A DNA stretch of 64,000 nt from Lama glama (Eukaryota). The stretch covers positions 86,182,001 to 86,246,000 of the forward strand of contig CM052816.1 of NCBI GenBank assembly GCA_028534125.1, given 5' to 3'. The number at the start of each line of letters is the position of its first letter. The first letter of the stretch is position 1. The translations under genes and the position numbers were made by a program. The notes under the pieces were generated by a model, which saw nothing but the letters and a program-made list of their open reading frames with translations, did not search any database and had not been told where the DNA came from. Below are positions 26,301-39,468 of the stretch, one piece after another.

Positions 26301-27621
26301 GACTTTTTATTTCAGCAATTGAGTTGGCTAATTTTGATTGGTTTCCCTTTATAGTTTTCAGTTCGTTATTACAGTGATCTGCATTTCTATCAACAATCTT
26401 TATTCCTTCTGCATTTTTATTACCTCCTTTTTGACCTTGGGGTCTAGTAGACTGGAAAGTTCTACCTCATTGTTAGTTCTTTCAGGGGATTTCTCTTATT
26501 CTTTTTATTGGGAATAGTTCCTCTGCTTTTTTCATTTTACTTAATTTTTCTGCCTCTATGAATTTAGGAAAAACAGTTATCTACTATGGTCTTGATGTGG
26601 CATTTTTATGTGGAAGCATCCCTGTATCAAGTGTACATATTTTTGGTTGAGGGTTGTTTTTGGTGTGGATGTCTTTCCTCAAAGTGTGTTGGCCATTATC
26701 CCCTTGATATGGGATGTGAGTGGTGTTGTGGTGACCAGTGCCTGCCCTGGAAATTGGACCTCCTCTTTGCTCTGCGGCTGTCACAGTCCTGTCAAGGGCA
26801 AGGTCTGCTCCCCACTTGTTGGAGTAGAAGCCCTGAGGTTCATATTCTATAAGGTTCTGTTGACCTTAAGTGTGTGTCTGTCCCTGAGAAAGTGAGGCCC
26901 AAGTGATCACAGTGAACCTATGCACTGCTCTTGTAGGTGTCCTCAGTTCTGCCCAGAAGCAGACCAAGTTCAAGTCCCTTTCCCCTTGGTGTTGGTCTCA
27001 GACCTAGTGCTAGGCTCCTGCTGGGGGCCAGGGTGTTGTGGCTGTAGCAATCAAGGTGGCTGTGTTGCCCCCTAGGACCTGGACTGCCTCTATGATAGGA
27101 CTCTCCCAGGGCCTGTCTACTCCAAACAGCTGCAAACTATTGTGTCACGTAAGTGGGACTGGAGCACTCCTGCTGGGAAAAGGACTGCTGCTTACTTCTC
27201 CCTGGGGGTTATCTACAGGGAACTGTGGTTCTGTGACAGGACCCAATACCCAGTGTGACACCAACATAGTCCAAGTCCCGTGCTGTTGCACCCACCCCTG
27301 GATCTGCCCCTGCTGTGGGAGCACTGATGTATCTGATGTCAGTCTGGGGCCCACTGTGTATGTCCTCACAAAGCCCACCACCACTGAAGCCATGCTCCAC
27401 CATAAGCATGCTGATATGGTGGCCTCTAATGATGGACCTGTGCCCTGGTTTGTGCACACTGATAATGGGGCTCCTATGAAAGACCTGTGCCCTGCAAGAG
27501 ATCTTCTGCTAGTTTTTAGTTGGTTTTCTGTGAGAACTGTTCCACATGTAGGTGTATTTTTGATGTTTTTGTAGAGGGAAGTGAGCTCCAGGTCCTTCTA
27601 TTCTGCCATCTTGATCTCCCC
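23372..27621 (-). mobile_element. L1 with both ends (5'UTR, ORF1, spacer, ORF2 3' part, 3'UTR) but lacking EN and most of RT
   Basis: 5' end ggggagatcaagatggcagaatagaaggac; 3' T-rich tail at ~23372; degenerate TSD tgacgagagtattt (23358-23371) vs tgacaagagtcttt (27622-27635), 12/14 identical; total length only ~4.25 kb. Confidence 0.9.
25657..26535 (-). pseudogene. L1 ORF1 remnant (frameshifts and stops)
   Basis: Minus-strand translation near 25770-25890 reads GTPIRLSVGFSTETLQAKREWHNIFKLLKWKNLQPRIFYS, the ORF1p C-terminal region; ATG at 26535. Confidence 0.85.
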
Positions 27622-28829
27622 TGACAAGAGTCTTTAATTGACTTGCTACTGGTTCAAAATAGCATGAAATAACAGTACAGAGTAAAGGGAGCATTTTGGC
27701 TTTTCAGAGCCCTGATAATGCTGCTTTTAAGTCTTTTCAATAAAGCAGAGTTATAAAAATCATTAAGGAGAAATAGAAAACAATGTGGAATGTTGTTATA
27801 AAGTGAAACAGAGAAAACAGCAAATAAACCAAGACAGTTGAGTAAAAGAATGGAAATTTAAAGTCCCCTAGTTTGCAGTCAAACTGCAAAGACTGCCATT
27901 CAGTTTTATTTTTGCTAGTTAAGTCAAGTAGGAATGTGTTCACATCAAATAAATAAATAATCAAATAATATATGTTGGCATTTAAAGGGCAATCACATCA
28001 AGTTTGTGAAGCACACAAATTTGGACAATCAAAGTTCCTCTGGAGTCCAAAATCTTTGGCTAGCTCTACAGCAGAGGAACTGAAGCAGTGGCTAATCTAT
28101 ACAGTGAATAACTATCTCTAATTTTTTTACATTTTCTCTATCCTCAGACGTAGAGAATATTTTGGATGGTTCAATTTTTACATTTATCACCATAGTAAGA
28201 TTTTATTTTTCTTTTTGAAAGATAGAAAGTTGTAGTGGATAAATCTTCCTCAGAGAGACCACAATTGAAACTGTATTGGGTTCTTCGTCAAGAATCATTG
28301 CCAAATCAAAAGCAGTATCTACAATGTCATGTTTTTCTGGACTTATCATTTGAACTTTGTAATTAACTATATCCAGTTAGCATATAAATCAAAGAAAACA
28401 ACTCTACTCATGGACACTCCTTTGAGAGGAAAACTACTTCTTCCATTGGTTAGGATCATTAAGAATGTAATGGCCTTTTAAGCTGGAAATCTAGAAGAGT
28501 GAGTCAAAATGTCCTAATGCACTGGTTAATGATGCTTTTGTATTACCAATTACCAGCAAAGCCCATAACATTAAAATAAACAGTTTTGGATTAAATGCTA
28601 GTATGGATATAACAATCCCTTCTTAGCTATGTGTATAGCACCATATTCTTTATAAAAACTATTTTGTAAAATAAGTAAGTGAATGAGTGACTAAATCAGT
28701 GGCTTCAGTATAGCATATAATTATCAATGGATATGATAAATGCTTATATCCTATGATATGTATTATATATCAAATGTTCACATCGTATTTTCATGGTATA
28801 GTTAGAAAATTTTATTTAAAATTTTAGTA

Positions 28830-29338
28830 TTACCTCCCAGAAATGTATAATGACAGTCTAATTAACAGAAAAGCAGACAAATCTCAATTGAGGGACATTC
28901 TACACAATGCCTCACCACCATCCCCAAAACTGTGTCAAGTCTATCAAAGGGAAAGTAGGAGAAACTGTCACCATCCAGAGGAGCTTGACATAAAACATAA
29001 AAACATGACAACTAAGTGTAATGTAGTATCCTTTATGATATCCTGCAATAGCAAAAACAAAGAAACAAATAACGTTACAGAAAAATAAATGAACTCCAAA
29101 TAAATACTGGTGTTTAGTTAAGATTAATTTACCAGTGTTCATTCTTTCATTGTGACAAATATACCACAGTAAATATACATATATATATACACACACACAC
29201 ACACGCCCACCCCAAATATACCAATATAACATAAGATGTTAATGATAGGGGAACATGAGTGAGGGGTGTACAGGAAGTCTTGTTTTGCAAATTTCTTATG
29301 ATCTAAAACTATTCTAAAATAAAGGTGTAATTAAAAAT
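28830..29338 (+). mobile_element. L1 3' end (L1MC/MD-type)
   Basis: caattgagggacattctacac...ctaagtgtaatgtagtatcc...tctaaaactattctaaaataaag. Confidence 0.8.
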
Positions 29339-30854
29339 GAATTTTAGTATTGAAACCCATGTCTGAAATACAGATTTTTCCCAAACTACTGAAAAAATGT
29401 AGAATGTGTAATAGAATGAATGATTGTTAATGAAATAATTTAGAATTAATTCCTTTTTAACTTAAACTACACTATTATAAGCATAGTACAGATTTACTAA
29501 ATCACCCTCCACTATTAAGGATTTATATTTATTAAGCAGTGAAGTTTAATATATGTATCTGAATTTTCACTGACAAAACAAGTCATCAATTTAGAAAGCT
29601 CTAACTCTTAAGGAAAATAAAATATAAAAGTAAATGTTAAAAAATTAATCATAATTGTACAGAGTTTTGTGCATGAATGGTTGTGTTAAATATAGTAAAT
29701 ACCAGTTATTTAGACTCTGACAGAAGGTCAGGTTAAGTAAATAATTCTTTCTTCAATAAAAAAGTCATGTTATTTTTAAGTTTGTGCAGTAACAAACTAA
29801 TCCAACCGTTTGGTTCATAAATTGGTTTCTCAAAGAGGCTCTTAGGATTGACAATTTAATGAACAGAGAACGATAAATTTGTAATCCCCAAATCAATTAC
29901 TCTCATGTTACCAGTTTCTCTGCAGTATTTAAAGCACTTCATTTATAAAGAATACTTTTCTTCATTATCTATCATTTTATGGCAAGTTAAACTAGTTAAC
30001 AAATTCTAAGTCAAGATAATAAAATAATCTAATTGTCTTAGATTTTAAACCCTGATCATTTTAATACTGCCTTAGAACACAAACATCTTCATATTTTCTA
30101 CAGAAATAATAGCACTTTTTATATCTTGATATTTTCCACATTAATTATTAGCATTGATGAAATGATCAGAAATAAGATCCTGTTAAAAGCATGAAACTAA
30201 TGTTAATAAGTCAGAAGCAAAAATACTTAAAGAATATTAATTTATTTTTCTCATTTTAACATGTTCCCCTTGCCACCCTGCCATGTCCACAGTCAACACT
30301 TGTTAAATCAAGTAGATTAGCTTCGCTTCCACATAATCTGAAAACGTTAGATGAGTGTGTGAGTAAATAATCTAAACTTGAAATTACACTGAAATCTCCC
30401 AAAATATACTACTAATGGCAGAAAAGGATTAATCTGATACTCTTATAAGTCTTTACACTTAAAACTCAGTAACCTGATAGTCATGACAAAAATGATGAGA
30501 GACCAAATATTTTAGCAATGGTAGATATTTTATCTTTAGAGGATATGGTATCAATGAACAGTTTTGATTATTAGAATGGAAGAACTTTTTAAAGTTGAAT
30601 ATTGCGTATGTGTTAGTAATGTTATCTACATTAACGTTCTGGCAACATCATTATTAAATATGTCTCTAAAAATGTAATTTGCCTGGAATACCCTCAAGTG
30701 TAAAATCCAATGGAGTCAGACACAACATTATAATTACAATATTTCTCGAGTTTTCTGACACAGAGCATGGTGGGAAGGAATAAATAATTATTTCATTCAT
30801 AAATATTTAAATTGTGTTTGTAATGAATTATTTGAACTTTGTAGGTTTTTCCCT

Positions 30855-31375
30855 ACTATATTGATTACAGATTTGCTGTGTAACAAATTAACAAATTACT
30901 TCAGAATTTAGTAGCTTAAAACAACACACATTTATTATCGAGAATCAAAGATTTGAGAGTGGCTTAGCCTGGTGATCTAGCTCAGGGTCTCTCCTAAGGC
31001 TGAAGTGAAGTGCTGGTTGGGGCTATGCTCATTTCAAGGCTCAAGCATAGCTGAGGAATTCACTTCTAAGCTCAATCACTTGTCTGTTGGCAGGAGACTT
31101 TCATTCCTTGCTGTGTTGGTCTCTCTATCAGGCTGCTCCCAATCTTGTTTCCAGAGTGAGTGATCCTAATGAAAGAGAGAGCAGGTGAGCAAGAAAGAGC
31201 CCAAGACAGAATCCTCAGTCTTTTATAACCTAGTCTCAAAAGTGGCAGACCATCATTTTTTCCGATATACTATTGGTCACACAGACCAACCCTGGTACAA
31301 TGTGGGAGAAAACTACAAGGTGATAAATACTGCGAGGTGGGTATCAGCGGAGGTCTTGAAGGCTGGAAACTGTAG
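30855..31375 (-). mobile_element. MaLR LTR (MLT1E/F-like)
   Basis: ttgctgtgtaacaaatt...tttagtagcttaaaacaacacacatttattatc...ctattggtcacacagaccaaccctggtacaatgtgggag. Confidence 0.85.
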
Positions 31376-33479
31376 CAACTCATTCTCCTTAAAGTGTGTA
31401 TGGTCCTTTTGGAATGTGTACAGTGACCATTCATATATTGCTGAGAGATATTCTAACCTCAGGGTGTAAAAGGATAGGCAACATCAACAATAACCATTAC
31501 AGTATTCTAGACCTTGAGAGTAGGACAACACCAAAACACTAACAATTATTTCTCTTATCCATATTCTAAAGTCATTAGTAGTACATTTTATCTATTCAAT
31601 AAAATTTAAGTAAAATAGCCTCCATTTAAAGGTAGTCTAGTCGTACATTATGAGGTAAACAGAGATATAAGGTAAGCATTTTTAGATGAGTTGTTTAAGT
31701 GGGTTTTTGTTGTTGTTGTTCCATTATACTCGACACTCAAAAAGTTTTGAATTACGGATGTAATTGAATGGGTCTGGTTTCCTATATTCTCAACTATATA
31801 ATTATTTGACTATTGAAATACATATATACATATAATTTTTTATAATATAGTAATTCATGAGAAGAATCACATTGATTTGGATGGAAAAAGACATCTGTTT
31901 TAAATATAATTCTTTACAAGCACCGTTTTACACAGTGATTGATAGCAATAAATTCTGAAATTCTTAACATTTCCCTTAACCAATTTAATTTTGGTCTACT
32001 TTTCAAAGCATTATTCAAAAGTGTGCTATGTGGTGTAATCTTTATGAGCTGATAAGGTCAAATCTGAAGCAAACCAAAACAAATAAATCTCAAAGATTTG
32101 TGCCATTACAATAGCGATTTTTGAATGAAAGGGAGACAATAACTGTTTCCATTCTAATGTTTCCAAAATATGGGCTTTCCTATATTGCTGTGTTGCACTG
32201 GTGCACTGACTGCCACTGTGGGGAATTAAAAAAAAATAGTTATGAGCTGTTTCGAGAATTCAGTAACCTGGCAACCTGCAGTTCATGACAGTTAGAGCCA
32301 GGCTAATCATTTTGGAAATCATGTGGATATCACTTAATAATACCAGTGAGAGTGGAAGTGGCAAATTATCTAGTTTTATATTGTTTTAATTCCATAATTA
32401 AGTAATTGGACTTGGAACAAACAGTTTACTACTTCCGCTTTAATTAACATTTCACTGTATAGCTATAGTATGCACTAAAAACACTATCTTCTGCATACAG
32501 AGCCAATTATGATATGCATCATTGTAAGTAATAAAATGTTTTACTAATCAAACATTTATGTGAATCAGACATTTTTATGCGATGGCAATTATAAGAAAAG
32601 GAATCAGGTTACCAGTGACAAACGTTCTTAATTAGAGTTGAACATGTCCAGATTAGTCATATTTTGTGTTCCTACTTAAGATATTCTTTCCTTAGAGAAA
32701 CTTTGGTTACTTTTAAAATTTATTTAAATATTTCAAGATTCTAGATAAGAAATGTTTTTCTTATGTGGTACTATATTATGATGACATGGTTCTATTACTA
32801 ACACAGCAATTTAAAGTACTGAACTTATTCATTTGGTGGGCAGATTTATCTATTTAGCAACAAAGATTTTACCAGCATAAAGAATTATAAAGCATTATGA
32901 ATCTGATTTGCATTTTTAATTTAGAACATCCCTTGACTTAGATTACTTACACAAAAAATATACCACTAAGGTCTCATAAATAATATAAAACAGAGTAATC
33001 TTTTTCTTATTGAATTAATATTTGGCTCAATCCACACAATTCAAAATCCTATGTTAATAGAAGAATATCTCAGTCAGGTTTACAGATCTGTATATTGAAA
33101 ATAAATATTTTGATTATTGAAATAGTTTATAATTAAATTTTAAAGATCTTTTGACATTTGATAAATAATTTATTAAATCTATTAAGGTAGTTTAAGAAAG
33201 AAATAGAGAAATAGAAGAAGAGAGAAAAGAGAGACAGAGAAAGAGAGGGAGCTCTATCAATTTTTCTATCTATCTAGCTATAAAGAAACATTTTCCTGTG
33301 GCCATGACACAGTTACTCTTATTAGACTTTCCTTTTATCTATGAACTACTAAAACAGTGGACAAATAGAAGGAATTATAAAAGAAAGAAGGTCTAAAAAT
33401 CAGTGACTTAAATCTTCCCCTTTAGAGTAGAAGATAAAACATGGAAATTAAACCCAAGATTAGTAGTAGTGAGCAAATA

Positions 33480-36375
33480 AAAAATATGTGGATAGCAATA
33501 AAATATAATTAAAATAAATAAAATTAACAAAGTTTTATTATTTGAAAAGTTGAATAAAACTGATAATTCCCTGCCAGATCTGGTCTCTATAAAAGGGATG
33601 AAGATATAAATTTCCAATATCAAGAATGAAAGAGATAATATCCCAGTGCTAGTCACTACAAGATAAAAATTTATGACACGTATTTGACATCTTACCAAGG
33701 GACAACATTTTTAAAGATATAACCTAATAATACTTACAGAAGAGAAATGGAAAGCTGAAGATCCCTATGTCTATTAATTGTTAAATTTGTAAAGACAAAA
33801 CTTCTCACAACTTCAGCCCAGATGGCTTCACTGATGAATTTTATCATGTATTTAAGGAATAATTAATACCAATCTTATATAAACTTAATATAGAATATAG
33901 AATAGAATGGAATATACTCAATTTTTTTATAAGGTCATCATGACTCTAGTATCTAAATCTCACAGTGATATTCAGGGAAAAAGGCCAAGGGGGTGGGAGG
34001 GGCAATCAGAGATAAATATCCCTTGTGAAAATAGAAAAATCCTTAACAAAGTATTAACAAACCAAACACAGCAATATATCGCATTGATAATATATCATGA
34101 CCAACTGCATTCTAGCCAACAAACTGCAAGATCAGTTTCCTTTGAAAACAGTCACGTCAATACCCATATTAGCAAAATCCCACATTACAACAGTAGTTAC
34201 AGAACAAGCATTTGACAAAAATTAATAACATTCTTAATAAAAATGCTGAGCAAACTAGGAAAAATACCTCAATTTTGAAAAGGTTATCTACATGGAATAT
34301 ACTAACATTGTAGTTATTGGTCAAATACTGAACTTTTTATTCCTAAAATAAGGAACAAGGTAAGACTAGCCACTATAACTGGTTCTAAACAGTATTTTAC
34401 TAGAGGTCCTAGCCATTTCCATTAGGCAAAAAGAAGAAATCAGTAAGAACAATTAGAAAGATGTTTTGACAGATTTTTAAAAAGAAATTTCTATAGAATC
34501 TGCAAAAACTACTAGAGTCAATAGTGGATTTAGCAAGGGTGCAGAATACAAGGTCAATATACAAAAAAACAATTATATTTTAGATACTTAAGCAAAACTT
34601 AGAAATTATTTCTAGAATAGAAAATACTTTAAAAATAAATTTAAAATAGCACCTAAAAGTATAAAATATGTAATAATATATTAAGCAAAAGAGATGCAAA
34701 AACATTCCCAGAACACTATTGAGAGGAGATATTTAGGAAGACCTAAATAAATGGAAAGGTGGAACAGGCAAACCAATTGGAAAATTCAGTATTATTTAGA
34801 TGTCAGTTTTCAACAAATTGATGTGCAAATTTGATACATTTACAATAAAAGTCCAAAATTCTTTTTTTTATATAAGTGGACAAGTTGATTATAACATTTA
34901 TATGGAAAAATTAAAGGATGTAGAATAGCTAAATAATCTTGAAATGATGAATAAACTTGATTCTAAAAATTACTGTAAAGCTACAGTTACCACTAGAGTA
35001 GGGTAATTGTGTTAGGAAAATCAAATAGATCAATGAAATAGAAAAGAAAAACTAGAGACAATCCTACATTAATTTTCAACAAAGATGCCAAGGCAGTTCA
35101 GTGGTTTGGATGATAAAGAAAATAAACACATCTCAAACCCTACCATATGTCAGATTCTAAAATTAAAGATGGACCATATGCCTAAACCCAAACACTGAAA
35201 CTATGAAAGTTCTGGGAGAGCACATCAAAGAATATCTTCATGGTAAGGATTTTTAATGATAAAATCCTGAATCATTAACCCTAAAGAAAATCTGCCAGAT
35301 TGACCTCATTAATATGAAAATATCTGATCATCAATAGACACAATTAATAAAATTAAGTACAACCTTGAAGTAAGGGAAATAGTCATATGTATCTGAGCAA
35401 GAACTGTTATATAAAATTTATAATGAATTCTTAGGAATCAATAATTAAAAATAAAAAATAGATCCAAAATAGGCCCCCAAAAGTGGACATTTCACAATAG
35501 AAGATAAAACAATGGTCAACATAAAAATTACAAGATATGCAACATCACTAATCATCAAGAAAATGCAACTACAGAGAGATCTCACCACACACTAAGATGC
35601 TAAATAGAATAAAAGATATTGGCAAGATAAGTGAGAAATGCTGGAGAAAAGTGAAACTTTCTATCTTTCTGTTAAAAGTATAATATGGTTGGAACACTGT
35701 GGAATACTCTCGCAATATTTTGTTTAAAATAAAGTTAAAGATAAATCTGTTCTATAATCTAATATTTCCACCCGTAAGTATTTAGCCCCAAATGAAAAAC
35801 AAATCAACAGGACAACTTCTACAGGAATGATTGTTGCAGAAATTCCTATAGCCAAAAATGGGAAACAAACCAAATACCTAGCAAAAGGAAAATAGAAAAA
35901 GAGATTATACTGGGTGAAAATGTCAGAAACATAATCGAGTATTGCAGCTTTATTCAAAAAAGGCAAAACTGTGAAATAAGCCAACTTCTACTAATAGTTC
36001 ATTACATAAACAAATTATGATTTGAATATACAATGGAATTCTATCTAGCAATAAAACAGAATTCATTTTGGTTCATGCAATTACATCAAGTGAAAACAAA
36101 CACAAAAGAGTATACACTATATGATGGCTTGTTTTGGAGACGAATAAGAGATAAAATGATACCATGGTTTGTACCACAGTGTTTAAAAAAAAAGTTAGGC
36201 TCCAGATTGTTAATGATGATTGAAATTGACTGGAAACACATGTAAGGGAAATATCTAGGTTGACAGAAATTTAAATCTTAATTGGGCTTTGATTACATTT
36301 CACTAAACTCATTGAATTATACTCTGAACATGTGTACACTCTAATATATGTAAAATTAACTAAAATAAAAGATTC
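33480..36375 (+). mobile_element. Old, heavily decayed L1 (ORF2 through 3'UTR)
   Basis: cagcccagatggcttcactgatgaattttatca, tactagaggtcctagcca, tttagcaagggtgcagaatacaaggtcaatatacaaaa, ttttcaacaaagatgccaaggcagttca. Confidence 0.85.
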
Positions 36376-37039
36376 ATTAAGTTATTTGTTTCCATTTAGA
36401 AAAATACTGGAAAGGTAGTTAATAACTACATTGTTGTCAGAAATACATTACTTTTCCACTAAATAAAAGTCAATTTAAATTCAATACAATGTTTGCATAT
36501 GCAGAATTTTACAATTCAAAGACTTCTGTTAATATTAATAAACTCAAATGAATATTTTTTAAAAACTAATATTTTAAAAACTAATACTTTAATTATAAAA
36601 GATAAATTCAAAGATAATCTCAGTAGATTTTATATTATAAATATATAGAATTTGATTTGTGGTTTAACTACCAAGTTCCAGGATGTAAAACATCTTTTGA
36701 TTCCATTTTGCTTTTTAAAAATAATCGATTCCAACTATTTTCCTAATAACCTGATTGACAACACATTTTTTAACAAGAGAAGATTTACAGATGAAGCAAT
36801 TAAGCACTCAAAAAGGACAAAAATGTAAAGATGATTTTATGACGTCATTTATGCTATAAATCTAACTTCCTAGGAGCTATTAAATTGACCACTTTGCATT
36901 AGAAACCAAAGTTTGTAAGTCGCCTATGCAAACTTTTGAAATACTGCTTTTGCTCTGTCTCAGAAATTTGAAATGCTGTGTTTCTAATGGCATTTGCCCT
37001 CATTCCCTAATGAATTTTTAACTCAATTCTTATTTAAAA

Positions 37040-37760
37040 TATGTATATTTTACAGTCATACTCATTTTTATATCTTCTTTTGACTTTTAATGTTTTATAA
37101 TGTTAGCAGAATATAATCAGAATGGTACTATTTCATTAGAATTTATTGAGTCCTGATTTGCAATATTTTTTTCATACAATTTTTCAAAACATAGTATTAG
37201 GTCTCAAAAAATTATTGTCTTCTGTGTAAAATTCTTCCTTGTAAAATTCAAACTGAATCACACACTTGTTAAAAACCATACATTTTCTGCAATTTGAGAT
37301 AGATGTAGTAAATCTTCATTTATCCTTTTACCTATTTTTCCTTGTTCTGAGTTACTTTATTCTATCAGTTGTTTCTTTATAAATATTTAAATTTTTGTTG
37401 TTCTTTAGGCATAATTTCATTATTTTATTATCTGTGCATTTTAATTTTTTTAAGCATTTCTATTAAAACTCTATAGTTTATATTGTTTTTCACCTTAAAT
37501 TTTGTCTGACAGGAGAGATGCTACCATTGGGATTTTTTTGTTACACAATTGTCTTTCGTAATTATCCCTCCTTCTACTTTGAACATTTCTACGAAATATT
37601 TTTCAGTTAGGTTTCTTGTACATAAAATATTACCTAATACTAAAATTCAATCTGATAATCTGTCCCTTATTAACTAATAGTGAATTTGACTCATTTATGT
37701 TTACTCTGGTTACTGTGTATTGGAATTTATTTCTTCCAAATGAGTTATTCTCTCCTATAT
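37040..37760 (-). mobile_element. Very old L1M fragment
   Basis: T-rich degenerate antisense L1 motifs (ttagtttcttgtacataaaatat; aattcaatctgataatctgtcccttattaactaatagtgaattt). Confidence 0.4.
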
Positions 37761-39252
37761 ACTTTTTTCTTTCCTCCGTCTCCTTTAATGGAAAAGATCA
37801 AAGACTTCTGCTTGTTTCAAGTTGTATATGTGTGTATAATATAAAATCCATGGAGATTATCTCATTATCCACTGAGGAAAAAGAGTTTTTTCTCCTGATT
37901 AATTCTCCGTAATAACTGTTTATGTTGTAATATTTCTACAAACCATCTTGTAATACAATTGCTATCAGTGGTTTTAACATTTTTATTCTAAACTTGAGTC
38001 ACTGAATATTTACATATGAATCTTCATATTATCCCATAATTTGCCCACTATCCTGGCATAGATTTTATACAAACTTGTTTTAAAATAAAATTTTATTAAA
38101 TGTGAATGCATTTAAATTTATTCCTTAGAGAGATATATTAACAATTTTAAAACACAACTTTTTAGAATCAAATGTTCATAGTAAGAAATCACATTAAGTA
38201 CCAGTAGAGAATATTATCTTATTTTGATGAGATGAATGACTGTTTCTGCAGTAGTTAAGGATCAGTTTTACACTCAAATTTTAACAGTTTTTCCTTCTGG
38301 AAATAGTTGGCTAAACTGTTGTGATATGTATAGGTGGGTACCAAATTCTTAGATGTAAAATTACAAACAGCAAAAGTTTCTTAACTTTCTTTTTTAAAAT
38401 GTACAAATAGAAATCTTCTGTTTGAGTTAAGTGAGAAGTAAGGCTTCTACCACAACTTTCATGTGCTATTTTCTCAGAAATCCCATACCGTGCATCCACA
38501 AACTCACAATTTTGATCTAAAAAATGTTCTGTCATACTTTCTTTTTACATTTACTTTGTAGAGATGGGCAAAATGTTCACTGTATCTGCTACTCTGCTAT
38601 TCATACCTGAATTTTAAAATTCATAAAATTATTTTTCTAAGTTATTGATTCATGTTAATTTATTAAGTTTTTCTTTTCTTTCTATTTTACAATAGTGTGA
38701 TGTGGTGAAAATACTGCTTACTTTTTTTTTTACATTCAAATTATATCTTTATCATTATGAGTAGATTAGGATAAAAGCTTGCAAATTTAGAGTTGCCTGT
38801 CATTAATACTGTTTTTAAATGAAGAAAAGTTAAGTGATGCAATTATTTTACTATGTGTTTTAATTCCTACTCATAATTCCTAGAAGTTAATTAATTTTGG
38901 TATCAAGAAATAATGTCAACCTCTTTTAAATCTGAGAACTGTTCTAAAGTGGTTGGTCATTTCTTAAATTCAAATTTATACTTCATATATTCTTTATTTT
39001 TTTCATTGAAGGGATGTAAAATATGAAATTGATTAATTTCAGATTGAATTTACTTCTCATTTGGCTTTCTCTAATCTTAATCCTACTGAGTCAATATTTT
39101 TCTTTGCAGCCTTGAGTGCTCTGATAATTTTTTGCTTATGTGCATTTTTTTTCATGCTTTGGATCAGGCATATGCAGATTGAATGTTAGAATCCCACAGA
39201 ATTTTTTTAAGTATTTGCTTATTTATTTTTACAGAGAATTGGTGGTGATTAA

Positions 39253-39468
39253 TTTTTTTTCTTTGATGTATAATGTAAGTATTTATATATTCAGGTGTAT
39301 AACATAGTGATTCACAATTTTTAAAGGTTCTACTCCATTTATATTTATTATAAAATATTGGCTGTATTCCCTGTGTTGTACAATATATCCTTGTAGCTTC
39401 TTTATGTTATACATACTAGTTTGTACCTCTTAATGCCCTACCCCACTTTGCCCCTTCCCCCTTCCCTA
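39253..39468 (-). mobile_element. Short L1 3' end
   Basis: T-tail followed by tcaggtgtataacatagtgattcacaatttttaaagg...ttggctgtattccctgtgttgtacaatatatcc. Confidence 0.85.

Noticed and set aside
27038..27574. Longest ORF (178 aa, + strand)
   Set aside because: It is antisense within the GC-richer L1 5'UTR, has a GTG start and resembles no known protein. The analogy to primate L1 ORF0 is unsupported.
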